From an uncultured Gammaproteobacteria bacterium (GTDB lineage: Bacteria > Patescibacteriota > Microgenomatia > UBA10105 > UBA927), in the NCBI GenBank assembly GCA_964361785.1, contig CAYIBX010000004.1, forward strand, positions 1 through 55,712: a stretch of DNA of 55,712 bases, in the 5' to 3' direction. How positions within the stretch are numbered: position 1 is the stretch's first letter; each line of letters opens with the position of its first letter. The notes under the pieces are model-generated. The model was not told the DNA's origin. It was given only the letters and a program-made list of their open reading frames with translations, and ran no database searches. A program made the translations under genes and the position numbers. Below are positions 55,702 through 55,712 of the stretch, piece by piece.

Positions 55702-55712
55702 AGGTATATATT

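Overview
This is a 55.7 kb AT-rich, tightly packed bacterial window read with the standard genetic code: TGA acts as a stop in several ATGA start/stop overlaps. By inference only, the gene content fits a reduced monoderm bacterium of the Patescibacteria/CPR (Microgenomates-like) type.

Gene order:
- A secreted beta-propeller/lipase fusion protein (11-2404).
- A surface-glycan cluster with three tandem SAM methyltransferases, five glycosyltransferases and an O-antigen-ligase-like protein (2.5-10.8 kb).
- A mostly minus-strand block interleaved with tRNA-Thr, tRNA-Gly and tRNA-Asp (10.7-15.7 kb). It carries an Ig-like protein, an SNase-type nuclease (this one on the plus strand), an RlmI-like methyltransferase, NUDIX, a creatininase-fold protein, an HXXEE protein, GIY-YIG and a LysM protein.
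- PolX-LemA-HtpX, MurT/GatD, two small unknown genes, GatCAB and DnaE.
- A complete F1Fo ATP synthase operon, a CBS protein, PyrG and L19.
- A frameshifted YraN, Nth, a DUF45 peptidase and tRNA-Lys.
- A Ca/Mg-type P-ATPase, divergent GNAT and PIG-L genes, and class I FBA plus FBPase.
- A copper-type metal island (47.1-55.7 kb): a CopRS-like two-component system followed by a six-gene operon.

I saw no rRNA, CRISPR array, transposase, integrase or reverse transcriptase.

Most noteworthy observations:
1. The metal operon combines CopZ/CopA with an HMA-permease-tandem-cupredoxin fusion, a DUF1573 CGC protein, a CcdA-like permease with two vicinal Cys pairs, and a small membrane protein.
2. A 303-bp GIY-YIG cassette is bounded by an 11-bp direct repeat equal to the first 11 nt of tRNA-Gly.
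3. A TATAAT-like box recurs 5-7 nt upstream of start codons, which suggests leaderless mRNAs. One palindromic ATTATAAT appears to serve two divergent genes whose start codons are 21 bp apart.
4. Three long perfect palindromes (30, 32 and 40 bp) lie in intergenic DNA.
5. A 103-codon stop-free frame sits in an otherwise unannotated 380-bp gap.

All functional calls come from motif recognition by eye. No database search was run.
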